A program made the position numbers and the translations under genes. A model generated the notes under the pieces. That model searched no databases, was not told the DNA's origin, and saw only the letters and a list, made by a program, of their open reading frames with translations. Source: Kofleriaceae bacterium (GTDB lineage Bacteria > Myxococcota_A > Polyangia > Haliangiales > Haliangiaceae). From it: a DNA stretch of 63,022 nt. Below are positions 20,006 through 31,810 of this stretch, in pieces (position 1 is the first letter of the stretch; the number at the start of each line of letters is the position of its first letter). The DNA lies in NCBI GenBank assembly GCA_046597055.1, contig JBKJLC010000191.1:1-63022 (forward strand), read 5' to 3'.

Positions 20006-23000
20006 TCACCGCGCCGGCGCGGCCGGCCGGGTGGCGGCGGCGCCGGTGGCGTCGTCGATGCGCGCCCGGGTGAGCGCGGCGACCCAGGTCTCGAGCCCGC
20101 GTGGATCGGCCGGGGTCAGCGCGGCGCGGTCGAGGTGCCAGACCCGCGGCGCCGCGCGCTCGTCGACCGCGGTGACGGTCTCGCCGGCGAACATCAGGTG
20201 ACGGACCTTGCCGCGATGCTCGCCGATGACGGCCGACGCGCCGGTGGCGGGATCCCACGCGCGCAGGAGCCCGCGGCGGTCGACCGAGACCAGCCGGCCG
20301 GCGGCGGTGAAGCCGAGCCGGCTGACCCGGGCGTCGTGGCCGTGCAGCCAGCGCGGCTCGCCGCCGGCGACCGGCAGGAGCGCGATCGCCCCGGTCTCGT
20401 CGGCGGCCGCGAGCGTCGCGCCATCGGGCGCGAACGCCAGCTCGGTGATCGTGCCGCGCAGCTGACCGACGCGGCGGCCGGCTCCGTCGCCGCCGACCGT
20501 CCAGACCCAGACCGCGCCGGCGCCGGTGCCGGCGGCGACCGTCCGCGCGTCGGGTGATGCGGTGATGCGGAACGACGTCACGTCGGGTCCGGTGAGCGGC
20601 GTCTCGACTGCGGTGGCCACCTCGACCAGCCGCAGGCCGTCGAACGCGCTGACCAGCACCCAGCGGCCATCCGAGGTCACGACCCCGCCGGTGAACGGCG
20701 CCTTGGCCTGGAGCAGGAGCCGCTCCGCGCCGGCGTCGTCCCACGCGCGCAGCTTGCGGTCGTCGCCCATGGCCAGCAGCGCGCCGTCGGCGGCGAAGCC
20801 GATCGGTGTCACGCTGGTCGGCGCCGTGCGGATCCGCGCCACGCCGTCGGCGAGCCACACGGTCACCGGGCCACCGACGCGGGCGGCGGCGACCCGCGCG
20901 CCATCGTCGCTGACCGCCAGGCCCTCGAGCGGACCGTCGAGCCGGCCGACCACCCGCGCGACGCCGGCCTCCCACCGGGTCACCTGCCCGGTGGTGTCGC
21001 CCACGACCAGGTGGCCAGCGGCGCTGGAGTCGGCGTGGGTGATCGCGCCGGCTGCGCCGAGCAGCGGCGCGCCGTCGGGCGCGGGCGGCTCCCACACGCG
21101 GATCGTGGCGTCCTCGGCGGCGCTGACGATCGTGCGGCCGTTGCGGCTCAGCGCCAGATCGCGAACGCCGCTGGCGTGACCGCGCAGGTCGCGGATCGCG
21201 CCGCTGGCGGTGTCGAGCAGGTGGACGATGCCGTCCTGGCTCGCCCAGACCGCGCGGCTGCCGTCGGCCGACGCCGACAGCGAGTCGTAGACGACGTCGC
21301 TCGCGACCAGCTCGGCGCTCCCGTCGCCGGACCACCGCCACAGCTTCTGGGTCTGGGTCTCCGTGTAGAGCGCGCCGCCAGGGATGGCCGACACCATCAC
21401 GACCGCGTCGTTGCCCTGCGCGAGCGCGAGCGTGCGGGTGCGACCGTCGGCGGCGTGGAGCTTGACGCCGTCGGCCGCGCCGGTGACCACGGTGCCGTCG
21501 GCGCCGAGCGCGAGCGACGACGGCGGCCGCGCGTGCTTCTCGAGGTGCCGCGGCGCGCCGGTCAGCGGCCACACGGTGGTGGTCCCGTCCAGGCCAGTGA
21601 ACGCGACGCCGGTGCCGTCGGGCGTGCTGGTCATCCAGACGATGGCGTACGGGGTGGGCCCGAGATCGCGCGGGGTCGCCCCGGCCGCGTCGGTGACGTA
21701 CAGGTGGTTGTCCTTGCCGGCGACGACCAGCTGGTCGCCGGCCCACGCGGCCCGGCGCATCGGCGCGAGCGCCGAGCGGGTCCAGACCCGGGTGCGCACG
21801 TCGACGACGCCGAGCGTGCCGCGCCGGCCGAGCACGATCGCCGCGTGGCCGCTGGCGGAGAACCGGCAGCTGGTCGGCGACTCGCCGATGGTGCCGACCC
21901 GGACCCCGGCGGTCGCCCCGCCCGTGCGGTCCCACAGGTGGACGTCACCCGCGCGGTCGACGCCGAGCACGCGGGCGCCGTCGGGCGCCGTGCACACCCG
22001 CAGCACGGTCGATTGCGCGAGCGTGAACAGGTCGGTCGCGACCGCGGGGGCGGCCGCCGACGCGACCCGGATCACCTCCGCGACCTGATCGGGCTCGATG
22101 CGATAGCTGGCCAGCCACGCCGCCGCGGTGGTCGGATCGCGCTCGAGCTCGGCCCGCGCCTGCAGCAGGCGCAGCCGGTTGGCGCTGCGGTCCGCGAGGT
22201 CACGCTCGTGGCGCGCGACCCGGCGTTCGTCGCGGATGCCGAGCACGCTGGCGACGCCGATCGCGGCCAGCAGGGCGGCCGCACCAGCGATCACCAGCGC
22301 GACCGTGCGGTGGCGGCGCAGCCACCACCGGACCAGCGACCAGGGCCGGTACTGATGCGCGCCGACCAGCCGGCCGGTGAGGAACCGGCGCAGATCCGCG
22401 ACCAGCGCGCCGGCGTCCTGGTAGCGGTCGGCCGGCGCGCGGGCCATCGCGCGCTCGACGATCGCGACCAGCTCGGGCGGGGTGCCGGGCGCGCGGTCCG
22501 CGAGCGGCGTCGGCGCGCCGGCGACGACCAGCGTGAGCACGGTGCGGGCGCTGCCGACGTACGGCGCGGCGCCGGCCAGCGCGTGGTAGAGCGTCGCGCC
22601 GAGCGCGTAGACGTCGGCGCGGGCGTCGACCACGTCGCCGAGCGCCTGCTCGGGCGGCATGAACGCGGGCGTGCCCACCACTTCGCCGTCGGTGGTCACG
22701 ATCTGATCGGAGTCGAGCGCTGGCGTGATCGGGGACTCGTCGGACGTCACCTGGGTCGCGCCGTCGGCGACCGCGCTGGTGGTGGCGTCGCCGCTGCCGA
22801 CCCGGTCGGTCATGGTCGCGCCGGCGCGGGCGGACGGGGCCGGGCGGATCTCGGTCGTGCGCCGGGCCAGCCCCCAGTCGATCACGATCGTCTCGCCGCG
22901 CGCCCCGATCAGGATGTTCGAGGGCTTGAGGTCGCGGTGAACGACCCCGCGCTCGTGGGCGAACGCGACCGCCTCGGCCGCGGCCAGCACCAGCGGCACC

Positions 23001-23368
23001 AGCGTCAGCCGATCGGCCGCGTCGGTGGTCGCCGCGACCCGCTCGGTCAGGGTCTCGCCCGACACCCTCCGCATCGCGTAGTAGGGCTCGCCCTGCTCGT
23101 CGACCCCGGCGTCGTAGATCGGCACGATGCCGGGGTGCTCGAGCTGGGCGGTCAGCTGCACCTCACGCACGAAGCGCGCCCGGTTGGTCGGGCTCGGCGC
23201 GGAGAGCTGCTTGATCGCGACCTCGCGGCCGAGCCGGTGGTCCCGCGCCAGCATGACGCGGCCGAGGCCGCCGCGCCCGAGCTCGGTCGAGCCCTGGTAG
23301 CGCGTGGTCTCGGGCGTGCGCAGGCCGTTCGGACCGCTCGCGACGGGGACGGACGGCGGGTCGGTCAT
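20006..23368 (-). CDS. Ser/Thr protein kinase with TM segment and WD40 repeats
   Basis: LGRGGLG, VAIK, HRDLKPSN, IDWGLA, GTPAFMPPEQ, DARADVYALG; hydrophobic helix; LRGHASGVRDLALS..IVSAAEDATIRVW WD repeats. Confidence 0.9.
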   Translation of the reverse strand: MTDPPSVPVASGPNGLRTPETTRYQGSTELGRGGLGRVMLARDHRLGREVAIKQLSAPSPTNRARFVREVQLTAQLEHPGIVPIYDAGVDEQGEPYYAMRRVSGETLTERVAATTDAADRLTLVPLVLAAAEAVAFAHERGVVHRDLKPSNILIGARGETIVIDWGLARRTTEIRPAPSARAGATMTDRVGSGDATTSAVADGATQVTSDESPITPALDSDQIVTTDGEVVGTPAFMPPEQALGDVVDARADVYALGATLYHALAGAAPYVGSARTVLTLVVAGAPTPLADRAPGTPPELVAIVERAMARAPADRYQDAGALVADLRRFLTGRLVGAHQYRPWSLVRWWLRRHRTVALVIAGAAALLAAIGVASVLGIRDERRVARHERDLADRSANRLRLLQARAELERDPTTAAAWLASYRIEPDQVAEVIRVASAAAPAVATDLFTLAQSTVLRVCTAPDGARVLGVDRAGDVHLWDRTGGATAGVRVGTIGESPTSCRFSASGHAAIVLGRRGTLGVVDVRTRVWTRSALAPMRRAAWAGDQLVVAGKDNHLYVTDAAGATPRDLGPTPYAIVWMTSTPDGTGVAFTGLDGTTTVWPLTGAPRHLEKHARPPSSLALGADGTVVTGAADGVKLHAADGRTRTLALAQGNDAVVMVSAIPGGALYTETQTQKLWRWSGDGSAELVASDVVYDSLSASADGSRAVWASQDGIVHLLDTASGAIRDLRGHASGVRDLALSRNGRTIVSAAEDATIRVWEPPAPDGAPLLGAAGAITHADSSAAGHLVVGDTTGQVTRWEAGVARVVGRLDGPLEGLAVSDDGARVAAARVGGPVTVWLADGVARIRTAPTSVTPIGFAADGALLAMGDDRKLRAWDDAGAERLLLQAKAPFTGGVVTSDGRWVLVSAFDGLRLVEVATAVETPLTGPDVTSFRITASPDARTVAAGTGAGAVWVWTVGGDGAGRRVGQLRGTITELAFAPDGATLAAADETGAIALLPVAGGEPRWLHGHDARVSRLGFTAAGRLVSVDRRGLLRAWDPATGASAVIGEHRGKVRHLMFAGETVTAVDERAAPRVWHLDRAALTPADPRGLETWVAALTRARIDDATGAAATRPAAPAR

Positions 23369-23476
23369 GGCGCGGAGGATAGTCGCGCCGCGGGGAGAGC
23401 CCAGCACGCACTGCTGTCGCGTGCTGTCTCGTGAGCGCTGTTCGCGGTACCCGAGTGACCCCGCCGGCGTGGTCGG

Positions 23477-25492
23477 CTACACCGGCGCGGCGGTGACGAC
23501 GGCGAGCAGCTGGTCGGCCTCGACCTGATCGCCCGTGGCGACCGCGAGGGAGGCGACGGTGCCGGCGATCGGCGACGTCACCGGCTGCTCCATCTTCATC
23601 GCCTCGAGGATCAGCAGGGTCGCGCCGGCCGCGACGGCATCGCCGGCGGCGACGAACACCTTGACCACCTTGCCCGGCATCGGCGCGATCAGGCTGCCGG
23701 GGGCCACCTCGGTCCCGCGCTCGGGGAAGCGCGGCTCGACCGCCAGCGTCACCGCCCAGCCGGGCCCGCTGACCGCGAGCCCGCCGGCGACCTCGACCAC
23801 CCGGGCCCGGCGGACCAGGCCATCCTGCTGCCACGCGATCGTGGCGTCGTCGGCGGTGACCACGCGCACCTCGCTGCCGACGCCGCCGATCGCGACCGAG
23901 AGCTCGCCGCCGCCGAGGTTGCGATAGGCGACCTCGACCAGCTCCTCGCCGGCGCGCCAGCCAAGCCGCTGGTCGCCGCAGCGCACGTTGCGCCAGCCGG
24001 GCTCGACCGCGGGCAGCGGCCGGGGGCCGCGCCGGGCGGCCTCGTGCTGCCACAGGGTCGCGGCGATCGCCGCGCGCGCGATCACGTCGGCGCCGGGCAC
24101 GGTCGACGCCAGCTCGGGGTGACGATCGAGGAAGTGGGTGTCGAGCTCGCCGGCGAGGAACCCGCGGTGGCGCAGCACCCGGGCCAGCAGATCGCGGTTG
24201 GTGGTGACGCCCGCGATGGTCGCGTGCTCGAGCGCCCACGCCAGCAGGCCGGCGGCCTCGCCGCGGGTCGGCGCGTGCGCGATCACCTTGGCCAGCATCG
24301 GGTCGTAGTGGATGCCGATCTCGGTGCCGGTGCGCACGCCGGTGTCGACCCGCAGCCCGGGCGCCTCGGGGATCTCGAACGCGGCCAGGGTGCCGGTGGT
24401 CGGCAGGTAGCCGTTGGCCGGGTCCTCGGCGTACAGTCGGACCTCGATCGCGTGGCCGCGCTGGGGCGGCGCCACGTCGTAGCCGAGCCGCTCGCCGCGC
24501 GCGACGCGGATCTGCTCGCGGACCAGGTCGAGGCCGGTGGTCAGCTCGGTCACCGGATGCTCGACCTGCAGCCGGGTGTTGACCTCGAGGAAGTAGAAGT
24601 TGCCGTCGGGCGCGAGGATGAACTCGACGGTGCCGGCGCTGGTGTAGCCGACCGCGCGACCGACCGCGACGCCGGCGGTGCCCATCGCGTGGCGCAGCTC
24701 GGGCGACAAGGCCGGCGACGGCGCCTCCTCGATCACCTTCTGGTGGCGGCGCTGGATCGAGCACTCGCGCTCCCACAGGTGGACCAGGCCGCCGTGCAGA
24801 TCGCCGAGGATCTGGATCTCGACGTGGCGCGGCCGCTCGACGTAGCGCTCGAGGATCAGCAGGTCGTCGCCGAACGCGCTGGCCGCCTCGCGCTTGGCCG
24901 CCTCCAGCGCCGGACGCAGCTCGTCCGGATGCCGGACGATGCGCATGCCCTTGCCGCCACCACCGGCCGAGGCCTTGACCAGCAGCGGGAAGCCGACCCG
25001 GGTCGCCTCGGCCGCCAGGGTCGCGATCGCCTGATCGTCGCCGAGGTAGCCCGGCACGGTCGGCACCCCGGCGGCGTGGGCGCGCAGCTTGGCCTCCTTC
25101 TTCGAGCCGAGCAGCTGGATGACCAGCGGCGACGGGCCGATGAACGCGAGCCCGGCCTCGACCACCGCGTGCGCGAACGCGGCGTTCTCCGACAGGAAGC
25201 CGTAGCCGGGATGGATCGCGTCGGCGCCGGTGGCGCGGGCGGCCTCGAGGATCGCGGGGATCGACAGGTAGCTCTCGCGCGCCGGCGCCGGGCCCAGGCG
25301 GACCGCGACGTCAGCCAGCTCGAGGTGCGGCGCGTGGAGATCGGCGTCGGAGTAGACCGCGACGGTGCCGAGCCCCATCTGGCGGCAGGTGCGGAGCACG
25401 CGGGCGGCGATCTCGCCGCGGTTGGCGACCAGCACCGAGCGGATCGCGCGTGGCGTGACCGGGTGATGCACGTGGTTGTCGTTGATGGTCAT
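23477..25492 (-). CDS. Acyl-CoA carboxylase alpha subunit (biotin carboxylase + BCCP; AtuF/LiuD-like)
   Basis: LVANRGEIA, HPGYGFLSEN, GGGGKGMR, RECSIQRRHQK, EVNTRLQVEHPVTE, EAMKME. Confidence 0.93.
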   Translation of the reverse strand: MTINDNHVHHPVTPRAIRSVLVANRGEIAARVLRTCRQMGLGTVAVYSDADLHAPHLELADVAVRLGPAPARESYLSIPAILEAARATGADAIHPGYGFLSENAAFAHAVVEAGLAFIGPSPLVIQLLGSKKEAKLRAHAAGVPTVPGYLGDDQAIATLAAEATRVGFPLLVKASAGGGGKGMRIVRHPDELRPALEAAKREAASAFGDDLLILERYVERPRHVEIQILGDLHGGLVHLWERECSIQRRHQKVIEEAPSPALSPELRHAMGTAGVAVGRAVGYTSAGTVEFILAPDGNFYFLEVNTRLQVEHPVTELTTGLDLVREQIRVARGERLGYDVAPPQRGHAIEVRLYAEDPANGYLPTTGTLAAFEIPEAPGLRVDTGVRTGTEIGIHYDPMLAKVIAHAPTRGEAAGLLAWALEHATIAGVTTNRDLLARVLRHRGFLAGELDTHFLDRHPELASTVPGADVIARAAIAATLWQHEAARRGPRPLPAVEPGWRNVRCGDQRLGWRAGEELVEVAYRNLGGGELSVAIGGVGSEVRVVTADDATIAWQQDGLVRRARVVEVAGGLAVSGPGWAVTLAVEPRFPERGTEVAPGSLIAPMPGKVVKVFVAAGDAVAAGATLLILEAMKMEQPVTSPIAGTVASLAVATGDQVEADQLLAVVTAAPV

Positions 25493-25502
25493 CGGCGGGC
25501 TC

Positions 25503-27125
<1,623 letters not shown>

Positions 27126-27339
27126 GCCTGGATGCTAGCCGTGGCGGTGGCCGCCGGGGAGGTCGCCCGGCCGGCAAGTGGCGCCGAGTAAGCCGATGTC
27201 GGTCAGCACCGCAGCGCGCCGGCCACCTGGAGCCCAGGCCCCCTTCACCCTTCGGCCACGGTCGCGACCGGAAGCTCGGGCTGCGCCTGCATGGCCGCGC
27301 CGAGGCGGTGGAAGATGCGGGCCACCGCCAGCTGGCCGA

Positions 27340-28482
27340 TCAGTAGCCCTCGGTCTTCGAGATGATCTCGTTCATGATCTCGCGGGTCCCGCCGCCGATC
27401 GGATACAGCCGGGCGTCGCGATACAGCCGCTCGACCACGACCTCGCGCATGTAGCCCAGGCCGCCGTGGATCTGCACGGCGGCGTCGACCACGGCCGAGC
27501 ACATGTCGGTCGCGGCGTTCTTGGCCATCGCGCACAGCGCCGGCACGAACTCGCCGCGATCGACCCGCACCGCGGTCTCGCCGGTGAGCGCGCGCGCCGC
27601 CGCCAGCTGGGTCGCCATGTCGGCCAGCTTGTGGCGGATCACCTGGAATCCGGCGATCGACTTGCCGAACGCCTGGCGCTCCTTCGCGTAGCGCCGCGCC
27701 TCGCGGTATGCGAGCTCGCCGATCGCGACGCACTGGCCAGCGAGCATCAGCCGCTCGGCGGCGAAGTTCGACATGATCAGCGGGAACGCGCCGTGCTCGC
27801 CGCCGATGCGGTTGCCGACCGGGACCCGGCAGCTGTCGAACGCCAGCTCGGCGGTGTCCGACGCCCACCAGCCCGTCTTCTTCAGCTTCTTCGACACGTG
27901 GAAGCCGGGCGTGCCACGCTCGATCACGACGAACGAGATCCCGCCGTGGCCGGGCCCGCCGGTCCGGACCGCGGTGAGCACCCAGTCGGCGCGGCACCCC
28001 GAGGTGATGAAGGTCTTGGCGCCGGTGATGACGTAGTGGTCGCCGTCGCGCTCGGCGCGGGTGGTCAGCCCGGCGACGTCGCTGCCGCCGCCCGGCTCGG
28101 TGATCGCGAGCGCCGCGATCGCGTCGCCGCGCAGCACCGGCGTGACGAACCGCTCGCGCTGCGCGTCGGTCCCGAACTTGACGAGCGGCGGCACCGCGAT
28201 GCCATGGCTGCCGAGCCCCACCACGGTCCCGACCGAGGTGCCGGCGATCACGAGCTCCTCGGACACCGCCAGCACGTGCCCGAGCGTGCCGCCGGCGCCG
28301 CCGACCGCCTCCGGGTAGCCAACCCCGGTCAAACCGGCGTCCGCAATCTGCCGGTACAGCTCGCGCGGAAACTCCTCGGCCTCGTCCCAGCGGGCCGCGA
28401 ACGGCGCGATGTGCTCGGTGGCGAAGCGGCGCGCCTGGGCCCGCAGCGCCGCGTGCTCGTCGGTCTCGAACAGGTAGGTCAT
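27340..28482 (-). CDS. Acyl-CoA dehydrogenase (AtuD-like)
   Basis: ALAITEPGGGSDVA, GAKTFITSG, SDTAELAFD, RQAFGK, QIHGGLGY, IGGGTREIM. Confidence 0.93.
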   Translation of the reverse strand: MTYLFETDEHAALRAQARRFATEHIAPFAARWDEAEEFPRELYRQIADAGLTGVGYPEAVGGAGGTLGHVLAVSEELVIAGTSVGTVVGLGSHGIAVPPLVKFGTDAQRERFVTPVLRGDAIAALAITEPGGGSDVAGLTTRAERDGDHYVITGAKTFITSGCRADWVLTAVRTGGPGHGGISFVVIERGTPGFHVSKKLKKTGWWASDTAELAFDSCRVPVGNRIGGEHGAFPLIMSNFAAERLMLAGQCVAIGELAYREARRYAKERQAFGKSIAGFQVIRHKLADMATQLAAARALTGETAVRVDRGEFVPALCAMAKNAATDMCSAVVDAAVQIHGGLGYMREVVVERLYRDARLYPIGGGTREIMNEIISKTEGY

Positions 28483-28511
28483 GCGGTTGGCGCCATGGTA
28501 CCAACGGCGCG

Positions 28512-30203
28512 ATGACCATGGGGACCGCGTCGCCCGAGGTGCTCCGTCGCTCGGCGCACATCTCTACCTTCGCCCACCAGGGTGCGGTGTACCTCTACCA
28601 CGACCTGTACGGGTACCTCCTGCAGATGAGCCCCGACCTCCTCGGGCTGCTCGACGCGTTCACCACCGCGAAGCCGGTGCGCGAGGTCGCGGCTCGCTAC
28701 GCCACCGCGTTCGACGGCCAGCCACCCCAGCAGTTCGTCGACATCTTCTACCAGCACGCGTGCCTGATGGAGCCCGACGACGACGAGGTCGCCGGCATCT
28801 GGCCGATGGTCGCGGTCAAGGGCAAGTGGAACGTGTGGCGGCGCGCGGGTGGCCTGATCACGGTGTGGACCGCGTGGGGCGATCATCCGGTGCGCAAGCT
28901 CGCGCTCGACGCCGAGGAGACCCGCATGTGGGACGCCTTCGACGGCGAGCAGCGGCTCAACGAGCTGCGCGCGCGGTTCCCGGCCGGCAAGCTGGCCACG
29001 CTGGTGCAACGCCTCGCCCACTCCGACGTGCAGGCGATCAAGCTCTGCGCGTTCCCGATGTCGACCTTCGCCAAGCGGCCAGGGCTGACGCCGAACTACC
29101 TGACCTCGACGATGCCGTACCCGCGCTGGCAGCCGGGCGAACCGCTCGAGCGCCCGATCACCGACGTCGCCACCGACGCCTACTACCGCGACGTGGCCGA
29201 CGCCGACGCGCAGTTCGATCATCGCGAGACCACGCTGTCGCACCTGTTCCGCGAGCCGCACCCGGCGCTGCGCGGCCGCACCTACGGCGCCGCGCTGATC
29301 GACGCGCTGGCCAAGCTCGGCCGGCTGCCGCCGAAGGCGATCCGCGTGCTCGAGATCGGCGGCGGCCTCGGCTACGTGGCGCGCGCGGTGTGCGAGGACC
29401 TCGCCGCCCGCGGCCTCGAGGTCACCTACACGATCCAGGAGATCGCGCCGGCGCTCGCCGCCGAGCAGCGCAAGCGCACCGCCGGGCTGCCGGTCACCGT
29501 GCGCGAAGGCGACGCGCTCGCCGCCGACCTGGCGAACGACGGGTTCGACCTGATCCTGTCGAACGAGATGGTCGGCGATCTGCCGGCGGTGCAGCTGTCG
29601 CGCGCCGACGTCGGCATGGGCACCGACATGACCGGCGAGCCCGACCCAGCCAGGGTCGCCGCGCTGGGCCGGCCCGGCGAGCTGGTCACTGAGTGCGGCA
29701 TCCGGCTGGAGGATGCGCCCGAGCCGTTCTACCTGCTGACCGGCGCGCTCGAGCTGATGCTACGCATCTCGCGCTGGCTCGCCCCCGACGGCACCGCGGT
29801 GGTCACCGAGTTCGGCGAGCGCGTCATGTGGCCCAAGCTGTCGTCGCACCTCGATCACCCCGAGCTGTCGACCCACTTCGGTCATCTGCTGCAGGCGGTG
29901 CGCTCGCAGGGCCTCGATGGCACCATCGACTTCGTCATGGACCTGATCGACATGGAGCGCAGCCTCCACGGCCTGGCCACGACCCGCAGCCACTTCCGCG
30001 CGCTGCGCGCCATGTTCGCCGACGCCGACATTGACCTGCCCAAGCTCGGCTACACCCGCGAGCTGCTCGCCGCGCGGGTCGCCGGCAAGCTCGACCTCGC
30101 CGACGTCGGCGAGCTGCGCTGGGACAAGATCGAAGACCGCCTGATGGGCCTCGTCCCGCACGAGTTCAAGGCCCTGGTCGCCCGCAAGCCCGGCGGCAAC
30201 TGA
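28512..30203 (+). CDS. Class I SAM-dependent methyltransferase with two N-terminal RRE/PqqD-like winged-helix domains
   Basis: VLEIGGGLG motif I and FDLILSNEMVGDLP (MidA/NDUFAF7-like post-II); N-terminal three-strand/three-helix patterns, including WDAFDGEQRLNEL. Confidence 0.65.
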   Translation: MTMGTASPEVLRRSAHISTFAHQGAVYLYHDLYGYLLQMSPDLLGLLDAFTTAKPVREVAARYATAFDGQPPQQFVDIFYQHACLMEPDDDEVAGIWPMVAVKGKWNVWRRAGGLITVWTAWGDHPVRKLALDAEETRMWDAFDGEQRLNELRARFPAGKLATLVQRLAHSDVQAIKLCAFPMSTFAKRPGLTPNYLTSTMPYPRWQPGEPLERPITDVATDAYYRDVADADAQFDHRETTLSHLFREPHPALRGRTYGAALIDALAKLGRLPPKAIRVLEIGGGLGYVARAVCEDLAARGLEVTYTIQEIAPALAAEQRKRTAGLPVTVREGDALAADLANDGFDLILSNEMVGDLPAVQLSRADVGMGTDMTGEPDPARVAALGRPGELVTECGIRLEDAPEPFYLLTGALELMLRISRWLAPDGTAVVTEFGERVMWPKLSSHLDHPELSTHFGHLLQAVRSQGLDGTIDFVMDLIDMERSLHGLATTRSHFRALRAMFADADIDLPKLGYTRELLAARVAGKLDLADVGELRWDKIEDRLMGLVPHEFKALVARKPGGN

Positions 30204-30269
30204 GCAGCGCCCCGGCGCCCGAACGCCGTCGGCGTTGATCACGACTCGCCCGGCGATCGGAGCCACGTT

Positions 30270-30588
30270 CCCGTTCCTGGCGTCCCGAGCGGAGCGCGAG
30301 GTCGAAGGGCAGAGCTCAGGATTGATCACAAGTCTCCATGTGATCGGAAGCGCTCACCCGTTCCCGGTGTCCCTGAGCCGGCGCCGAAGGCGCCGCGTCG
30401 AAGGGCAGAGCGGCAAGGCGCCGCACGCCGCTCCGACGGGCTGCCCTTCGACGGCGGGCTCGCGTGCGCTCGCCCTGGCTCAGGGACACCGGGAAGATGT
30501 GCGGGATCCAGAGGGCTGCCGGCATAGGCGCAGGGTCGTGGCCGCGCGCGTCGACGGGCTGGGCCTACGCTCGAGGACAGCGGAACGG
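30270..30588. repeat. Cluster of REP-like palindromic elements (CCCTGAGC...GTCGAAGGG type)
   Basis: Two forward copies (about 30270-30315 and 30357-30418) and two inverted copies (about 30441-30495 and 30550-30588); TTCCCGGTGTCCCTGAGCC (30361-30379) pairs exactly with GGCTCAGGGACACCGGGAA (30477-30495). Confidence 0.8.
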
Positions 30589-30605
30589 TGGCTGGATCCC
30601 GGCCA

Positions 30606-31745
30606 TCAGGTCGACGTGTCGACCGCGGCGTAGCTCGGGTCCTGGCCGACCAGCCAGTTGATCGCGCGGTGACGCTCGGCCGCGATCGAGGCGGCGATCG
30701 CGACCCGGGCCGGGTCGGCCCGCGTGATCGGCGCGCCGGCGATCGCCAGATCGCGCTCGGCGACCGCGATGCCGAACAGGTCGAAGCCGCCCGCCCAGCG
30801 CTCCTGCGAGAACCGGACGAAGTCGACCGGGCCCGGCACCGCCTGGAGCTGGCGTAGCCGCCAGTGCAGACCGAGCAGGCGCTTCGCCGCGCGATCGAGC
30901 TCGTCGGCCGGCCGCAGGCTCGGCGCCGGCGCCGATACCTCGGGCCGATCGAGGTCGATGGCGAGCGCCTGGACGACGCCGTCGAGGTCGGCCTCGTCGT
31001 CGTGCGCCGGCAGCAGGGCGCGTCCGAGCGCCCACGCCAGCACCAGCGCGCCCTCGCAGGCCCAGGTCGCGTCGGCGACCTGCTGGCGGTCGAGCGACTC
31101 GAGCGGGGTGTCGAGCACCGCGTGCTCCGCGGGCTCGAGCTCCGTCCGGGTTCCGGACAGATCGACCCAGCGGCGCAGACGGGCCAGCTCGCCGGCGGCA
31201 TCGGACCAGACGCCGGCCTCGATCAGCCCACGCCGCGCCACCGCCGCCAGCGCCCACGCGCGCCGCTGCACCCGCGCCGCGTCCGGCCGCGGGTGGACCT
31301 CGGCACCTGGATCGTCGCGGGTGGTCGCCAGCGCCATCCCGGGCGGCGCCGCCAGCGGCCGGCTGCGATCGTCGAGGAAGCCCCCGGCGAGAAAGATCAT
31401 GCCATGGCCGGCGCGGGCGAGCGCGGCCAGCCAGCGCCACACCCGATCGCCGTGTCGGAACGCCGGCACCGCCACCACGCCCACCACCTGCCGAACGTCG
31501 TCGATGTGGGTCGCGAAGTCGGGGCTCATCACCGCGCACCGCGCGCTTACATAGCCGCGCAGGCCATCGAGGTGCGCCGCGATCTCGGCCACCGGCATGG
31601 CCGACAGCCGCACCACCACGTCGCCACCGCGCAGCTCGGCGAACCCGTCGGGCTTGGCAACCACGGTGACCGTCGCGCCCAGCACGGCGCGCGCGCGGTC
31701 GGGGTCGATCGGGCGGGTCAGATACAGCGTCGCGTGGGCGTACAC
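30606..31745 (-). CDS. DUF4272-like protein
   Basis: W..EGALVLAWALG, LR..DELD....L..LHW, ERHRAINWL and terminal VDTST pattern; GTG 31745 chosen as start. Confidence 0.75.
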   Translation of the reverse strand: MYAHATLYLTRPIDPDRARAVLGATVTVVAKPDGFAELRGGDVVVRLSAMPVAEIAAHLDGLRGYVSARCAVMSPDFATHIDDVRQVVGVVAVPAFRHGDRVWRWLAALARAGHGMIFLAGGFLDDRSRPLAAPPGMALATTRDDPGAEVHPRPDAARVQRRAWALAAVARRGLIEAGVWSDAAGELARLRRWVDLSGTRTELEPAEHAVLDTPLESLDRQQVADATWACEGALVLAWALGRALLPAHDDEADLDGVVQALAIDLDRPEVSAPAPSLRPADELDRAAKRLLGLHWRLRQLQAVPGPVDFVRFSQERWAGGFDLFGIAVAERDLAIAGAPITRADPARVAIAASIAAERHRAINWLVGQDPSYAAVDTST

Positions 31746-31810
31746 GCGGCCGAGTGTGGTTGGTCGCCGGGCCGCCGGCAAGGGCGCCCGCTCGGCGGCG
31801 CCCGCGTCCG

